Assembly: GCA_016214885.1 (NCBI GenBank)
Contig: JACRMP010000005.1
Location: forward strand, 70,725 to 134,724
Reading direction: 5' to 3'
DNA length: 64,000 nt
DNA from: Candidatus Gottesmanbacteria bacterium
GTDB lineage: Bacteria; Patescibacteriota; Microgenomatia; UBA10105; UBA927
How positions within the stretch are numbered: position 1 is the first letter of the stretch; every line of letters begins with the position of its first letter. The position numbers were made by a program, and so were the translations under genes. This document shows positions 46,121 to 55,424 of this stretch, one piece after another. The notes under the pieces were generated by a model. The model searched no databases, had not been told where the DNA came from, and saw only the letters and a list, made by a program, of their open reading frames with translations.

Positions 46121-47731
46121 ATGGTTTCTATGAAATCTTCAAAACGGAACGTTTCCCGCCGGGGCAAACACATATTCACCACAACACTCTTTATGGCAGG
46201 AGCCATCGTATTGCTTGTAACGGCTCTCTTATATGTTGCGGTGTGGAGCCGTAAACCGGCCTGTAAAAATTGCAATGTAATTTTGATTTCCTTAGACACT
46301 CTTTCGGGCAAGCACCTGCCGTGCTACGGTTACCCAAAAAATACTGCTCCGAACCTTTGTCGGATTGCTAAGGAAAACTCATATTTTTCAAAGGCCTATA
46401 CCCAAAGCCATTACACTCTGCCGAGCCATATATCCATGTTTACCGGTCAATATCCGTCAACGCACGGAATACTTGAGCCGGACACGCGGCTGCTCAGCAC
46501 AAAAACCTCCACCCTCACAGAAACGCTCGACGCCAAAGGGTATCAGACGCTGTATTTTGGCCCCACCGATAACGAGTTCCTTCCGTTGTCCCGCGGATTA
46601 GAACGCGGATTCGATTACATCGATGACGATTATAACTACTTAAGAACCGGAGAAATACAGAACTGGAAAAAGGGGGTACAAATGCTTAAGGACAATACAA
46701 ACAAAGGTATCCCGACATTTCTTTTTCTGCATACCTATTTTGTCCACGAACCATACCTACCTGACACACGGGATAATCATTTTACCGACAGTGTTGATCT
46801 GACCATACCGGTAACTCAACAGGAATACACCGCTCTTACTCCGGACTTTATCCAGTTTACGAAACGTTACTTCCGCCAAAGCCCGGCACAACACACACCG
46901 CAGGACGCCATATATCAAAAATATATGGAGACCGAAAATTTTAATCAAGCAAAAGCATTATATCAACAGCTCATGACGGATAATTGCAGGGTGTACTGCC
47001 TGCAGGCAGAATATTTTTATAATCAGAATAAAAACGATCCCCGCCACATCGCCTACATCCGCGCGCTGTATGATGAAATGATCCTGAATCTCGATAAAGA
47101 AATCGGACGTCTGGTCGCCGACCTTGAGCCGTACCTTAAAAAAAACACCATTCTGGTAATAACCTCCGATCACGGTGAGGCGTTTATGGAACACCAGGAT
47201 ATTATGCACCGGTCCCTCTATAGCGAAGTACTGAATGTTCCCCTTATTATCGCCGCTCCAAACATCAGCCGCGGGGAAATACGCACCCCTGCATCGATTA
47301 TAGACATATATCCTACTGTTCTCGGTCTGTTGGGGCTTCCGAAGGCGGCCTCGGCTGAAGGAAGCGATCTTTCTGCCGTACTTACCGGCTTACCGATGCC
47401 AATACGGTACAAACCGGTAATTTCTGAACGCTATGCTATGCGGTATGATAACGGCGAGCATAAGCCAATCCTGCAGCGATCCATTATTTCCGGCAAATGG
47501 AAATTGCTTATTACCATAGAACAACAATCAATACGCAATACTGAACTCTATAATCTGACAGTAGACCCCGATGAAAAAAACAATGTCGCTGTACAGCAAC
47601 AGGGAGTCGTAAACACCCTGCTTCGCATTCACACAGACTTCGCCAAACACCATCCTCAGAAACCCTATCCTTCACTACTTAAGCCGCCTGAGCCGCCACC
47701 GGAAGATCCTCAACGGTTATTCCATTATTAA
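46121..47731 (+). CDS. Sulfatase-like hydrolase/transferase, Thr nucleophile (paralog of 20612-22090)
   Basis: An N-terminal TM helix, then NVILISLDTLSGKHLPCYGY...AYTQSHYTLPSHISMFTGQYPSTHG, where T-L-P-S-H replaces C-x-P-x-R. Start ATG at 46121 chosen in-frame but uncertain. Confidence 0.6.
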   Translation: MVSMKSSKRNVSRRGKHIFTTTLFMAGAIVLLVTALLYVAVWSRKPACKNCNVILISLDTLSGKHLPCYGYPKNTAPNLCRIAKENSYFSKAYTQSHYTLPSHISMFTGQYPSTHGILEPDTRLLSTKTSTLTETLDAKGYQTLYFGPTDNEFLPLSRGLERGFDYIDDDYNYLRTGEIQNWKKGVQMLKDNTNKGIPTFLFLHTYFVHEPYLPDTRDNHFTDSVDLTIPVTQQEYTALTPDFIQFTKRYFRQSPAQHTPQDAIYQKYMETENFNQAKALYQQLMTDNCRVYCLQAEYFYNQNKNDPRHIAYIRALYDEMILNLDKEIGRLVADLEPYLKKNTILVITSDHGEAFMEHQDIMHRSLYSEVLNVPLIIAAPNISRGEIRTPASIIDIYPTVLGLLGLPKAASAEGSDLSAVLTGLPMPIRYKPVISERYAMRYDNGEHKPILQRSIISGKWKLLITIEQQSIRNTELYNLTVDPDEKNNVAVQQQGVVNTLLRIHTDFAKHHPQKPYPSLLKPPEPPPEDPQRLFHY

Positions 47732-47773
47732 TGTCCTAATTGATTTCCTGTTTACAACATCTATGATGGAATC

Positions 47774-49075
47774 ATGGCATTAAAATCCTGGAGAAATTAT
47801 ATGCGGCTACTTGCCATATTCTGTTTTTTGGCAGGTGTATATATCGGTCTGTATTATGTTGTTGTTGCCCCGTTCGTTAATCCTATCAGCATTTATAAAA
47901 CTCCCGCCATTCGGGATGCTGCGCGCATGAGCATAGGTTACACCCTTATTGCCCCTTACAATAACGCGTTAAACAGCGACCCACATAACAAAGGATATGT
48001 ATATTTACTCGATATGCTTGGCCGCGAAATACACCAATGGAAAACAGATAAACAGGTGCTATCGGCCAGGCTTACCCCCAACGGAAACCTGATTGCCGCT
48101 ATGGAGCCGTCAAAATATTCACAGCAATATCCGGGAGGAGGCAACACGGGGGATCTCCAGGAGCTTGACTGGAAAGGCAGTATTGTAAGGGAGTATAAGA
48201 ATGAGTCGCTCCATCATGACTTTTCTCTGTTACCCAACGGAAATATTGCGGTAGTAAGCTGGGAAAAACTACCCGCTGCAATAGCCCGGAATGTAAAAGG
48301 GGGTATTCCCGGAACCGAACTTAAGGGAGACATATGGTCTGACGCGATTCTGGAGTTAGACCCGGGCAATAACGTCGTGTGGACCTGGCACGCGCACGAA
48401 CATATGAATCCTAACCTCGATATTATCGATCCGGCTCTTCCGCGGACCGGATGGACATATATTAATGGCATCCGCTTTTTGCCGAAAAACCCTATCGACA
48501 ACGAAGAAGGTTATCTTCTCAGCATGCGCTCCATCAACACAGTGATGATAGTCCGTAAACGTGACGGAGAAATAATTTGGCGCTCACCGCGCAATCTCAC
48601 CAACACCCAGCACGATCCAAACCTGCTGCCGAACGGCAACATCCTGGTATTTGATAACGGGTTCACACGGCTTCCCAATCCTGTTCCCCTATATGGAAGC
48701 AGGGTGATAGAAATCGATCCAAAAACGGGAGCAATTGCATGGTCGTTTGACGGAGGACCGGGGGTAATGGACAAGCTTGCATTCTACGGCCCCCTGGTAG
48801 GAGGATCCCAGCCGCTTCCTAATGGCAACGTGCTGATAACTGACGGACCGAAGGGACACATCTTTGAAGTAACCCCGGATAAAAAAATAGTCTGGGATAT
48901 GGTAAGCCCCTATACAACAAAATCCAGCGGATCTTTTCCCATTAATTTTATTTTCAAAGCCCGCAGATATTCTCCGGATGAAATAACATTTCCGCTGGGA
49001 ACCGCAAAACCATTTGATACCCGTCTCTATAAGGCAGCCTCAATGCTTGCACCGCTGTATTTTACGAACCTCTAA
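47774..49075 (+). CDS. Arylsulfotransferase (ASST)-family beta-propeller protein, membrane anchored
   Basis: An N-terminal TM helix is followed by LLDMLGREIHQW, LPNGNIAVVSWE, LLPNGNILVFDNG and LPNGNVLITDG, the repeated blade motifs characteristic of ASST-like proteins. Confidence 0.5.
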   Translation: MALKSWRNYMRLLAIFCFLAGVYIGLYYVVVAPFVNPISIYKTPAIRDAARMSIGYTLIAPYNNALNSDPHNKGYVYLLDMLGREIHQWKTDKQVLSARLTPNGNLIAAMEPSKYSQQYPGGGNTGDLQELDWKGSIVREYKNESLHHDFSLLPNGNIAVVSWEKLPAAIARNVKGGIPGTELKGDIWSDAILELDPGNNVVWTWHAHEHMNPNLDIIDPALPRTGWTYINGIRFLPKNPIDNEEGYLLSMRSINTVMIVRKRDGEIIWRSPRNLTNTQHDPNLLPNGNILVFDNGFTRLPNPVPLYGSRVIEIDPKTGAIAWSFDGGPGVMDKLAFYGPLVGGSQPLPNGNVLITDGPKGHIFEVTPDKKIVWDMVSPYTTKSSGSFPINFIFKARRYSPDEITFPLGTAKPFDTRLYKAASMLAPLYFTNL

Positions 49076-49221
49076 ATGAGATGTCTTAATCTAGACATTA
49101 TCTGCGAAGAACTATATACAAAGCTATTACCTATCTCAAAACTGCCGTGTTTCCTCCAGAGGAATTAAATTCCTCCCTCTTTATGAAATAAATAACTCCA
49201 AGCAGTGAAACATTATAGGAC

Positions 49222-49935
49222 ATGTCGTATAATATACCCATGATAAACGTCGAGCGTATCGGTCAGGTGCATATCCGCATGCCTATCATCGATCAGTTTT
49301 CAGGGCTACGTATCCAAATTCAGAAAACAGTCATCAAATCTATCGAGAAAACAAAACAGTTCATCCCGCTTCACGAAACAACAATACGCATAAAAAATGA
49401 TCCACATGGTGTTATCAAAGATCATGCCCACGGAGGATGGACGCTTACACCTGAAAGTATTTTAATAAAAGTAAATTCAAATTTTCCTGATAAAGAACAA
49501 TTCCTGCAAGTGGAGCTCCCCCGCTCTGTAAGCCATGAATTACATCATGCCGTTCGTGAAAAAGCGCTCAAAGACGAACCGCGATCATTGGGAAGAACAT
49601 TGATATTTGAAGGTCTTGCAACATATTTTGAAACTGAAGTTTGGGGTGGAGAACCTTCGAAATGGGCAGATGCACTGACACACGAACAACTGCAAGAATT
49701 ATTAAAAGTAGCTATCAATGAACTTTCGGACAATGCATATGATCACTCACGTTGGTTTTTTGGAACTAAAGATCTACCAAGATGGACTGGCTATACCATA
49801 GGACTATATCTGATAAAAGAATACCTCAAGCTTCATCCTGATCAAACGGCAGCTTCCTTAGTTACCACACCTGCTAGTGTTATTCTTGGTGGGCTGAAGG
49901 AATCTATTTTATCTCCGGTTGACCCACAGCAATAA
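49222..49935 (+). CDS. DUF2268-like putative zinc-dependent hydrolase (HExxH)
   Basis: HELHHAVRE is an HExxH motif, with FEGLATYFE nearby. Confidence 0.45.
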   Translation: MSYNIPMINVERIGQVHIRMPIIDQFSGLRIQIQKTVIKSIEKTKQFIPLHETTIRIKNDPHGVIKDHAHGGWTLTPESILIKVNSNFPDKEQFLQVELPRSVSHELHHAVREKALKDEPRSLGRTLIFEGLATYFETEVWGGEPSKWADALTHEQLQELLKVAINELSDNAYDHSRWFFGTKDLPRWTGYTIGLYLIKEYLKLHPDQTAASLVTTPASVILGGLKESILSPVDPQQ

Positions 49936-49965
49936 CTCCAACGGTATTTTCGTCTTCTAAAAAAA

Positions 49966-49993
49966 GATCGCCCTGGAAGGGCGATCACTTTTT
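49966..49993. terminator. Rho-independent terminator hairpin
   Basis: GATCGCCC-TGGAA-GGGCGATC followed by ACTTTTT. An A-run precedes it, so it is potentially bidirectional. Confidence 0.55.
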
Positions 49994-49998
49994 ATGAG

Positions 49999-50081
49999 CG
50001 GAGGAGACAGGACTCGAACCTGCGAGGGATTGCTCCCGTACGCTTTCCAAGCGTATGCCGTAGCCGCTGGGCCACTCCTCC
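49999..50081 (-). tRNA. tRNA-Ser (anticodon GGA), type II with long variable arm
   Basis: Manual fold: acceptor GGAGGAG/CTCCTCC, anticodon stem TACGC/GCGTA, loop TTGGAAA, variable arm CGGGAGCAATCCCTCG, T-loop TTCGAGT, discriminator G. CCA is not encoded. Confidence 0.8.
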
Positions 50082-50135
50082 CGGTAAGCTCTGATTATAC
50101 CATTTTATGAGCTCACCCAATGCTATAATCAGCAC

Positions 50136-51035
50136 ATGACCGCAAGAAAAAAGGCGCTGGCGGCTTTACTTCTTGTATCAGTCCTTTGGGGGACTGCTGG
50201 AGTAACCGCAAAAATACTTATTCAGGAACTTGACCCCTTTGTGGTGCTGTTTTACCGTTTTGGATTTGCATCGCTCATCCTGCTTCCGTGGTTTATCAAA
50301 GCACACAAACCTACTCACATGTGGCGCACCCTTATTCCATTCAGCTTGTTAAGCATTGGTAATGCGATATTTTTTTATCTTGGGATTGTGCATACAACCG
50401 CCGTCGCCGCATCGGTGATAAATACCAGCACTCCGCTGTTGACTGCTTTTTTTTCACACGCGCTTATCAACGAACGGACATCGAAAGAAAAAATTACCGG
50501 CATCATCATCGGTTTATTCGGCACACTCATCATTATCCTTCTCCCCCTTTGGAAAGAGGGGAAAAGCATCGGCGGGGATTTTATAGGTAACTTATTCATC
50601 CTTCTCTCGGTCACCAACTGGACGCTATACCTTGTAGGGTCGCGGAAGTTTATCTCTCAGGAAAAATTTTCTCCGATCGTCATGACGGAAATTAATTTTC
50701 TTACCCTTACCTGTGTCAGCCTGATCCTCGCACTTATTACAGGGCAGTCGTTTTTCACCAGCGCGTTTTACAATCCTTCATATGTACTGCTTCTTATTTA
50801 TGCCACGATACCCGTCACGGTTATCACCTTTGGATTATTTCAGTGGGTGATCAAACATATTTCCGCAACCACCGCATCCCTAAAAGATTATGTACAGCTC
50901 ACCGTCGGCATGGGATTATCTTTGCTAATACTCGGTGAGACAATAAACACCCCATTTATTATCGGAAGCGCCATTGTCATTATTGGCGTCGGCATCAGCA
51001 CGGGGAAAGCTATTTGGCGAACTCTTCGTGGATAG
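50136..51035 (+). CDS. DMT-superfamily (EamA-type) transporter
   Basis: Ten TM helices. The N-terminus LLLVSVLWGTAGVTAKILIQ is the EamA domain pattern, duplicated. Confidence 0.75.
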   Translation: MTARKKALAALLLVSVLWGTAGVTAKILIQELDPFVVLFYRFGFASLILLPWFIKAHKPTHMWRTLIPFSLLSIGNAIFFYLGIVHTTAVAASVINTSTPLLTAFFSHALINERTSKEKITGIIIGLFGTLIIILLPLWKEGKSIGGDFIGNLFILLSVTNWTLYLVGSRKFISQEKFSPIVMTEINFLTLTCVSLILALITGQSFFTSAFYNPSYVLLLIYATIPVTVITFGLFQWVIKHISATTASLKDYVQLTVGMGLSLLILGETINTPFIIGSAIVIIGVGISTGKAIWRTLRG

Positions 51036-51559
51036 CATCGCGGATATCCTTCCACCAGTCCTGCGAATCGGTGTTAGTGAGCGCCGTCATAAGCGCGACG
51101 GACTCCGGAAGCCGCACGCGGAGTGAATTTGCATCCATCCATTCTTTGGCATGCGAATTGCCTTTTTCCAAAAGAATTCTGCATTCCACACCGAACGCAA
51201 TCACATTGGCTTCATAGACAATCTGTGCCTCCAGCGTTTGTTTCGCTTCATACTCATTCAGTAACGCAAGCAGCTCGTCATCAATATTTTTAAAAATATC
51301 CTCATTGGCTTTATCCTCATGGCGGGTCATATAGCGCTTGGCCATTTTATCCATCTCACCCGTTCTGAGAAACATGACGGTCAGCACCCGCGGTAGTGTT
51401 GATTTCCTTTGCGAGAAAATATGCAATCACGGCTGTCATAAACGAATGTTCGCCTACATCCTCCTGATTATCACCCAGGCGCTGCCATCCCGTCCGCAGC
51501 ATGCGCTTCACATTCGCAGCTTCGTAAATAAGATTGGTAAGTCTTTTTTGATCATTCAT
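51010..51559 (-). pseudogene. HD-domain phosphohydrolase (YfbR-like 5'-deoxynucleotidase family) split by a frameshift
   Basis: The N-terminal piece (51356-51559) is MNDQKRL...VKRMLRTGWQRLG...DVGEHSF, the HD motif region. The C-terminal piece (51010-51426) continues in another frame with RHEDKANE...LPESVALM. The two frames overlap by about 70 nt. Confidence 0.5.
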
Positions 51560-51579
51560 AACTGTATTATAACCCTATG

Positions 51580-51651
51580 TACTCTCGGCGGGAGTCGAAC
51601 CCACATCACAGCCTTCGGAGGGCCGCATTCTATCCATTGAACTACGAGAGC
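51580..51651 (-). tRNA. tRNA-Arg (anticodon CCG)
   Basis: Manual fold: acceptor GCTCTCG/CGAGAGT with a 1-72 G-U pair, D-arm GTTCAATGGATAGAAT, anticodon stem CGGCC/GGCTG, loop CTCCGAA, T-arm GTGGG-TTCGACT-CCCGC. Confidence 0.7.
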
Positions 51652-51844
51652 CTCTAGGACAAAACCTTCGGTTTTTTCCTAACGATTTTCCCTAATAGGT
51701 GTCGCGAAGGGTTCGATAAATCCAATCCACACCTTCGCGACGAATTTAACCCTGAGCCTCAGGGGCTACTCTATCATCCTACAACGGTTATTCGCTTAGC
51801 GTATTATACCGCCGTTTCCATGGCTCTGCTAGAATGGAGTGAAT

Positions 51845-53929
51845 ATGATGAAAAGAAGGGTGCAGGTGGTTTGTATCATATTGGCAGCATATATAGCTCT
51901 CGTCCTGTACGCAAACCGTGCGCTTTTATCCTCCCGCTTTGACAAAGCTTACTGGCAAGACAGGTATGAGCAATCACAATGGAGACTCCCCCTCTCAGAC
52001 CGTGTTATCGGAGATGACGGACTATATCTGTATGAAGGGTATCGCCTGATCCGCGGCGGTGATCCAACGATTTCCAACGCCGAGATGCCGCCGCTTGGCA
52101 AATACCTCATCGGTACAAGCATCGTCCTTTTCGGCAACGGACATATTTATGGACTCATCATCACACTGCTCCTGCTATTGACCACGTATATTCTGGCAAA
52201 AAAAATACTGAAAGAAACATTCCTTGCCCTCGCTGCGGCCATGCTTCTTGCTACAGATCCGCTCATTACCAACCAATACACCCTCACCATGATGGACGCA
52301 CTTCAGGCACTACTGCTGGTAATATACCTCGCCCTGCTTGCTAGGATAGAAAACGGCAGGCGACATGTCTTTTATATTCTAGTAAGCGGTTTGACGCTTG
52401 GCTTATTCTCCGGCACGAAGCTTCCTGTTCTTACCCCGCTATTGGGAATTGCCGGCATATGGCACCTATTCACCCAATCCAAAAAAACGCAGGATATCAT
52501 TCTTTTCCTCATAGGCGTCGCCGCCGGATATCTGTTGCCGTACACAGTATATTTTTTTCAGGGTCATACGGTTATGGATTGGCTCAAAATCCAAAAATGG
52601 ATCGTGATGTTTTACCGACAGGGGAATATTTCTCCTACGTGGGGCAGCAGTATTACCACACTACTCACCGGCTACTATCAAAACTTGTTTTCCCATGCAT
52701 GGGAACGCGCGGCTGAATGGAGCCCTGTTTGGGGATTACTGACACTCGCCACGCCCGCTGCCATAGTGGCATGGATAAAAACAAAGAAAAAAGAAACCCT
52801 TTCCCTTCTTATTCCCAGCATTGCGCTTATTATCATCGGCATCTATGCCATAATTCCGTTTTGGACACGCTACCTCGTAGTCATACTACCCCTCCTCTAT
52901 ATCGCTGGCATAGCAACCCTTAGCCGCATCCCTTCAAAAATATTTTCAGCAACGGTAGCCATACTGGCTATCATAAACATGACCGCCTCACTACCCGTGC
53001 TTTTTCCGTCGGCAACCCCATCCATCAACCAGTTTATCTATAACACCAGCCACCGGCAGTTTGCTGATTTATATGAAGACCTCACCCGTGATGCAAAAAA
53101 CAATTGGTCACGGAATGAATTCAGATCAATGGGTCTTGCCGCAATGGCAGATGCGGAAATAGAACACATTGAGATTACGCCAACCGCAGTTACCCCTTAT
53201 GGTTATCTAACCTCTCCCCAATATCTTTCTGCTGAGGCAACCTTTTATACAAGACGCCTCGGCATATTTACCCACACCATCACTATCCCTTTTGTACGGG
53301 AAGATAACAGATGGCGCATCCCCTGGAAATGGGATCTTCTTATTCCTGGGCTTACTGCAAACACACGCCTCGAAACGACTGTCCAGGATGCAAAACGGGG
53401 AGCAATTCTGGGGAGTGATAAAAAACCCCTCGCTGAAGATGCTATGGGTGTTGCGCTCTGGATTACCCCGCAATCAATAGACCCTTCCCGGGAGAATGAG
53501 CTTCTCTCACTTATAGAAACGGTGTTTGACGGACGGATCCCCAAGGTGGCCATCCACCAGCGAATGGTCGGTAATATTCTGCCAAATACGCCGGTGATAA
53601 TCGGCACCATTCCGCACCCGGCGACTGATCCTAACGTTGTGGCTCTTGCGGCGTTCCCGGGAGTAACATTGCTACCAGCCTTCACCCGGCTTACCTATCC
53701 TAACCATGTCGTAGACATAGGAACACTCACCAACACCAGCTACTCAGAATGCTGCACTTACCTCTACACAACCACAACCTATGACGGGGTTAGCGGCACG
53801 GAAAAAATAAAAAACAATCAGCTTAAGGGAATTAATGGCGGTACGCTTGTGATTAAGGATGCGGAAGGGAAAATCGTGAAAACACTTATAAGTGTCACTA
53901 AAAAAGACGGTGAAAACGTGCAGCCCTAA
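51845..53929 (+). CDS. GT-C fold membrane glycosyltransferase (ArnT/PMT-like) with large C-terminal soluble domain
   Basis: DDGLYLYEGYRLIRGG and MPPLGKYLIGTSIVLFG resemble the ArnT acidic loop and KPPL motifs. About 12 TM helices and a ~280-aa C-terminal domain. Start set at an ATG with a GGAG RBS. Confidence 0.5.
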   Translation: MMKRRVQVVCIILAAYIALVLYANRALLSSRFDKAYWQDRYEQSQWRLPLSDRVIGDDGLYLYEGYRLIRGGDPTISNAEMPPLGKYLIGTSIVLFGNGHIYGLIITLLLLLTTYILAKKILKETFLALAAAMLLATDPLITNQYTLTMMDALQALLLVIYLALLARIENGRRHVFYILVSGLTLGLFSGTKLPVLTPLLGIAGIWHLFTQSKKTQDIILFLIGVAAGYLLPYTVYFFQGHTVMDWLKIQKWIVMFYRQGNISPTWGSSITTLLTGYYQNLFSHAWERAAEWSPVWGLLTLATPAAIVAWIKTKKKETLSLLIPSIALIIIGIYAIIPFWTRYLVVILPLLYIAGIATLSRIPSKIFSATVAILAIINMTASLPVLFPSATPSINQFIYNTSHRQFADLYEDLTRDAKNNWSRNEFRSMGLAAMADAEIEHIEITPTAVTPYGYLTSPQYLSAEATFYTRRLGIFTHTITIPFVREDNRWRIPWKWDLLIPGLTANTRLETTVQDAKRGAILGSDKKPLAEDAMGVALWITPQSIDPSRENELLSLIETVFDGRIPKVAIHQRMVGNILPNTPVIIGTIPHPATDPNVVALAAFPGVTLLPAFTRLTYPNHVVDIGTLTNTSYSECCTYLYTTTTYDGVSGTEKIKNNQLKGINGGTLVIKDAEGKIVKTLISVTKKDGENVQP

Positions 53930-54342
53930 GCGTCGATAAGCGACAGGTCGCCGTTTATCACGGTAGGTTGGATCGCGTGCATTTCCGTCATATAATCCAT
54001 ATCGGGCACAGGATAGAGAAGATACACCTTCTTATCAAGTCCGAATGCATACCCCATCTCCAAAAAGGTATTACCGCCTATATATCCCGGAATACCTTTT
54101 TTCTCATAGTTTAATATAAGGATTGCATCGGAAGCTTCGATTTTCTTGAAGTGCTCACGGATGAAATTATATTCAATTTTTGCCGTTATCCGCTCTTCAT
54201 CACTTTCCATATATGATTCATTTTTGTGGACATCATCGAGCTCTCCGGGAACAAACACGGTGAATCCCCGCGACAGCAACTGGTCTCGCACGCTGGCCAT
54301 TTCCTTATGAAACTGCATGGAACCGCAAATCGTAATTATCAT
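53926..54342 (-). CDS. Nucleoside 2-deoxyribosyltransferase-like superfamily protein (DUF4406-like), paralog A
   Basis: MIITICGSMQF, comparable to the Rcl/DNPH1 YFCGSIRGG N-terminus. Also FIREHFKKIEASDAILILN and KGIPGYIGGNTFLEMGYAFGL. Confidence 0.45.
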   Translation of the reverse strand: MIITICGSMQFHKEMASVRDQLLSRGFTVFVPGELDDVHKNESYMESDEERITAKIEYNFIREHFKKIEASDAILILNYEKKGIPGYIGGNTFLEMGYAFGLDKKVYLLYPVPDMDYMTEMHAIQPTVINGDLSLIDA

Positions 54343-54434
54343 AATTAATTACCTAATTACAAGGGAGTTGTCCCCGTCCTTATTCATCTACCAGCCAATT
54401 ATACTCCACGAAGCCGTTCCGGTATGCCTTTGCG

Positions 54435-55424
54435 TCACAAACTCATATACCGGCGCTGCAAAAATGCCTTAAGCTGCCTTACTGGCAGTATCATTTTAAT
54501 ATATTTTTTAATTCGTTCCGCTTCTGTTAAGCCATCGCCATACGCAGTATTGTCGTGTATTCCTGCGTTATGAAATGCCTTCATTCTCGTCGAGCAGGGA
54601 GGACACGTACCGCAGTGCAGACGCTCCCCCTTATAACACGTCCACGTTTTTTCTAACGGCAAACGGTGCGCTGTACCGATTCGCACCAGTTCGTCTTTAT
54701 CAAAGAAGTATCCCAACTCCTTCTCCATAGGAAGTGAGGTGAATTGCCAGGAAAAATCATCATCCATACAACACAAATTAAGCATTATTGCCCGGAGCGA
54801 CTGGAAAGACTCGTATCCATACCACTCTGAATTGGATGGTAACCATGCACCCACAATTGTCCTTACGTTAACCCCGTTCACCTCTTCAAGATACTTTGCA
54901 TAATACACGCCGTAATTTGCATAAAAAGATGGCTGAAGCGGAACTCCTTTGCGGTTTTGGTACTTAATGACATCATTTTCTTTTCGAAGAATAACATCTT
55001 TGACCTCGGCGGGAGGAACGGTAAATTTCATTTCAAAAATATCATGGAACTGCCCCGGATACTGACGGCGGAAATACGCGGAAAAAAATGCGAGCGATTT
55101 TTTGATTCTTTTTTCATGCGGAAGCATTCGGTTAATAAATAACGGATATACTTGCAGCCCATATTCTTTAAGAAGAATCGAGGCGACTACGGTTGTATCG
55201 AGCCCTCCCGACATCAACACAATAACCGGGCTTCTTTTTTTGGGCATGTTGAATACATATCCTCTTTTATGGATTAGTATTTTTTCGATCCTGTTAATAA
55301 CAGCCCTATCATTAATACGGTTGGCGGCTATCCGTTTATTTATTGCGCTATGATCTAACTTATGTGCTTTTTCCATAATCTTTAGAAACACTTCTGAATA
55401 ATTGCTCGTACTCCGAGGCAGCAC
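54435..55424 (-). CDS. QueC-like PP-loop ATPase (7-cyano-7-deazaguanine synthase family), extended variant
   Basis: VIVLMSGGLDTTV is the SGGxDS PP-loop. The C-terminus TWTCYKGERLHCGTCPPCSTR matches the QueC zinc motif TCY.G...CG.C..C..R. It is about 50-100 aa longer than canonical QueC. Start codon is uncertain. Confidence 0.55.
   Translation of the reverse strand: MLPRSTSNYSEVFLKIMEKAHKLDHSAINKRIAANRINDRAVINRIEKILIHKRGYVFNMPKKRSPVIVLMSGGLDTTVVASILLKEYGLQVYPLFINRMLPHEKRIKKSLAFFSAYFRRQYPGQFHDIFEMKFTVPPAEVKDVILRKENDVIKYQNRKGVPLQPSFYANYGVYYAKYLEEVNGVNVRTIVGAWLPSNSEWYGYESFQSLRAIMLNLCCMDDDFSWQFTSLPMEKELGYFFDKDELVRIGTAHRLPLEKTWTCYKGERLHCGTCPPCSTRMKAFHNAGIHDNTAYGDGLTEAERIKKYIKMILPVRQLKAFLQRRYMSL

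Noticed and set aside
54435-55424. Shortening the QueC-like gene to the internal Met (MPKKRSPVIV) giving a canonical QueC N-terminus
   Set aside because: No RBS was found before that Met, and an upstream in-frame Met overlaps the preceding gene's stop in typical operon fashion. The long form is retained with the start flagged uncertain.
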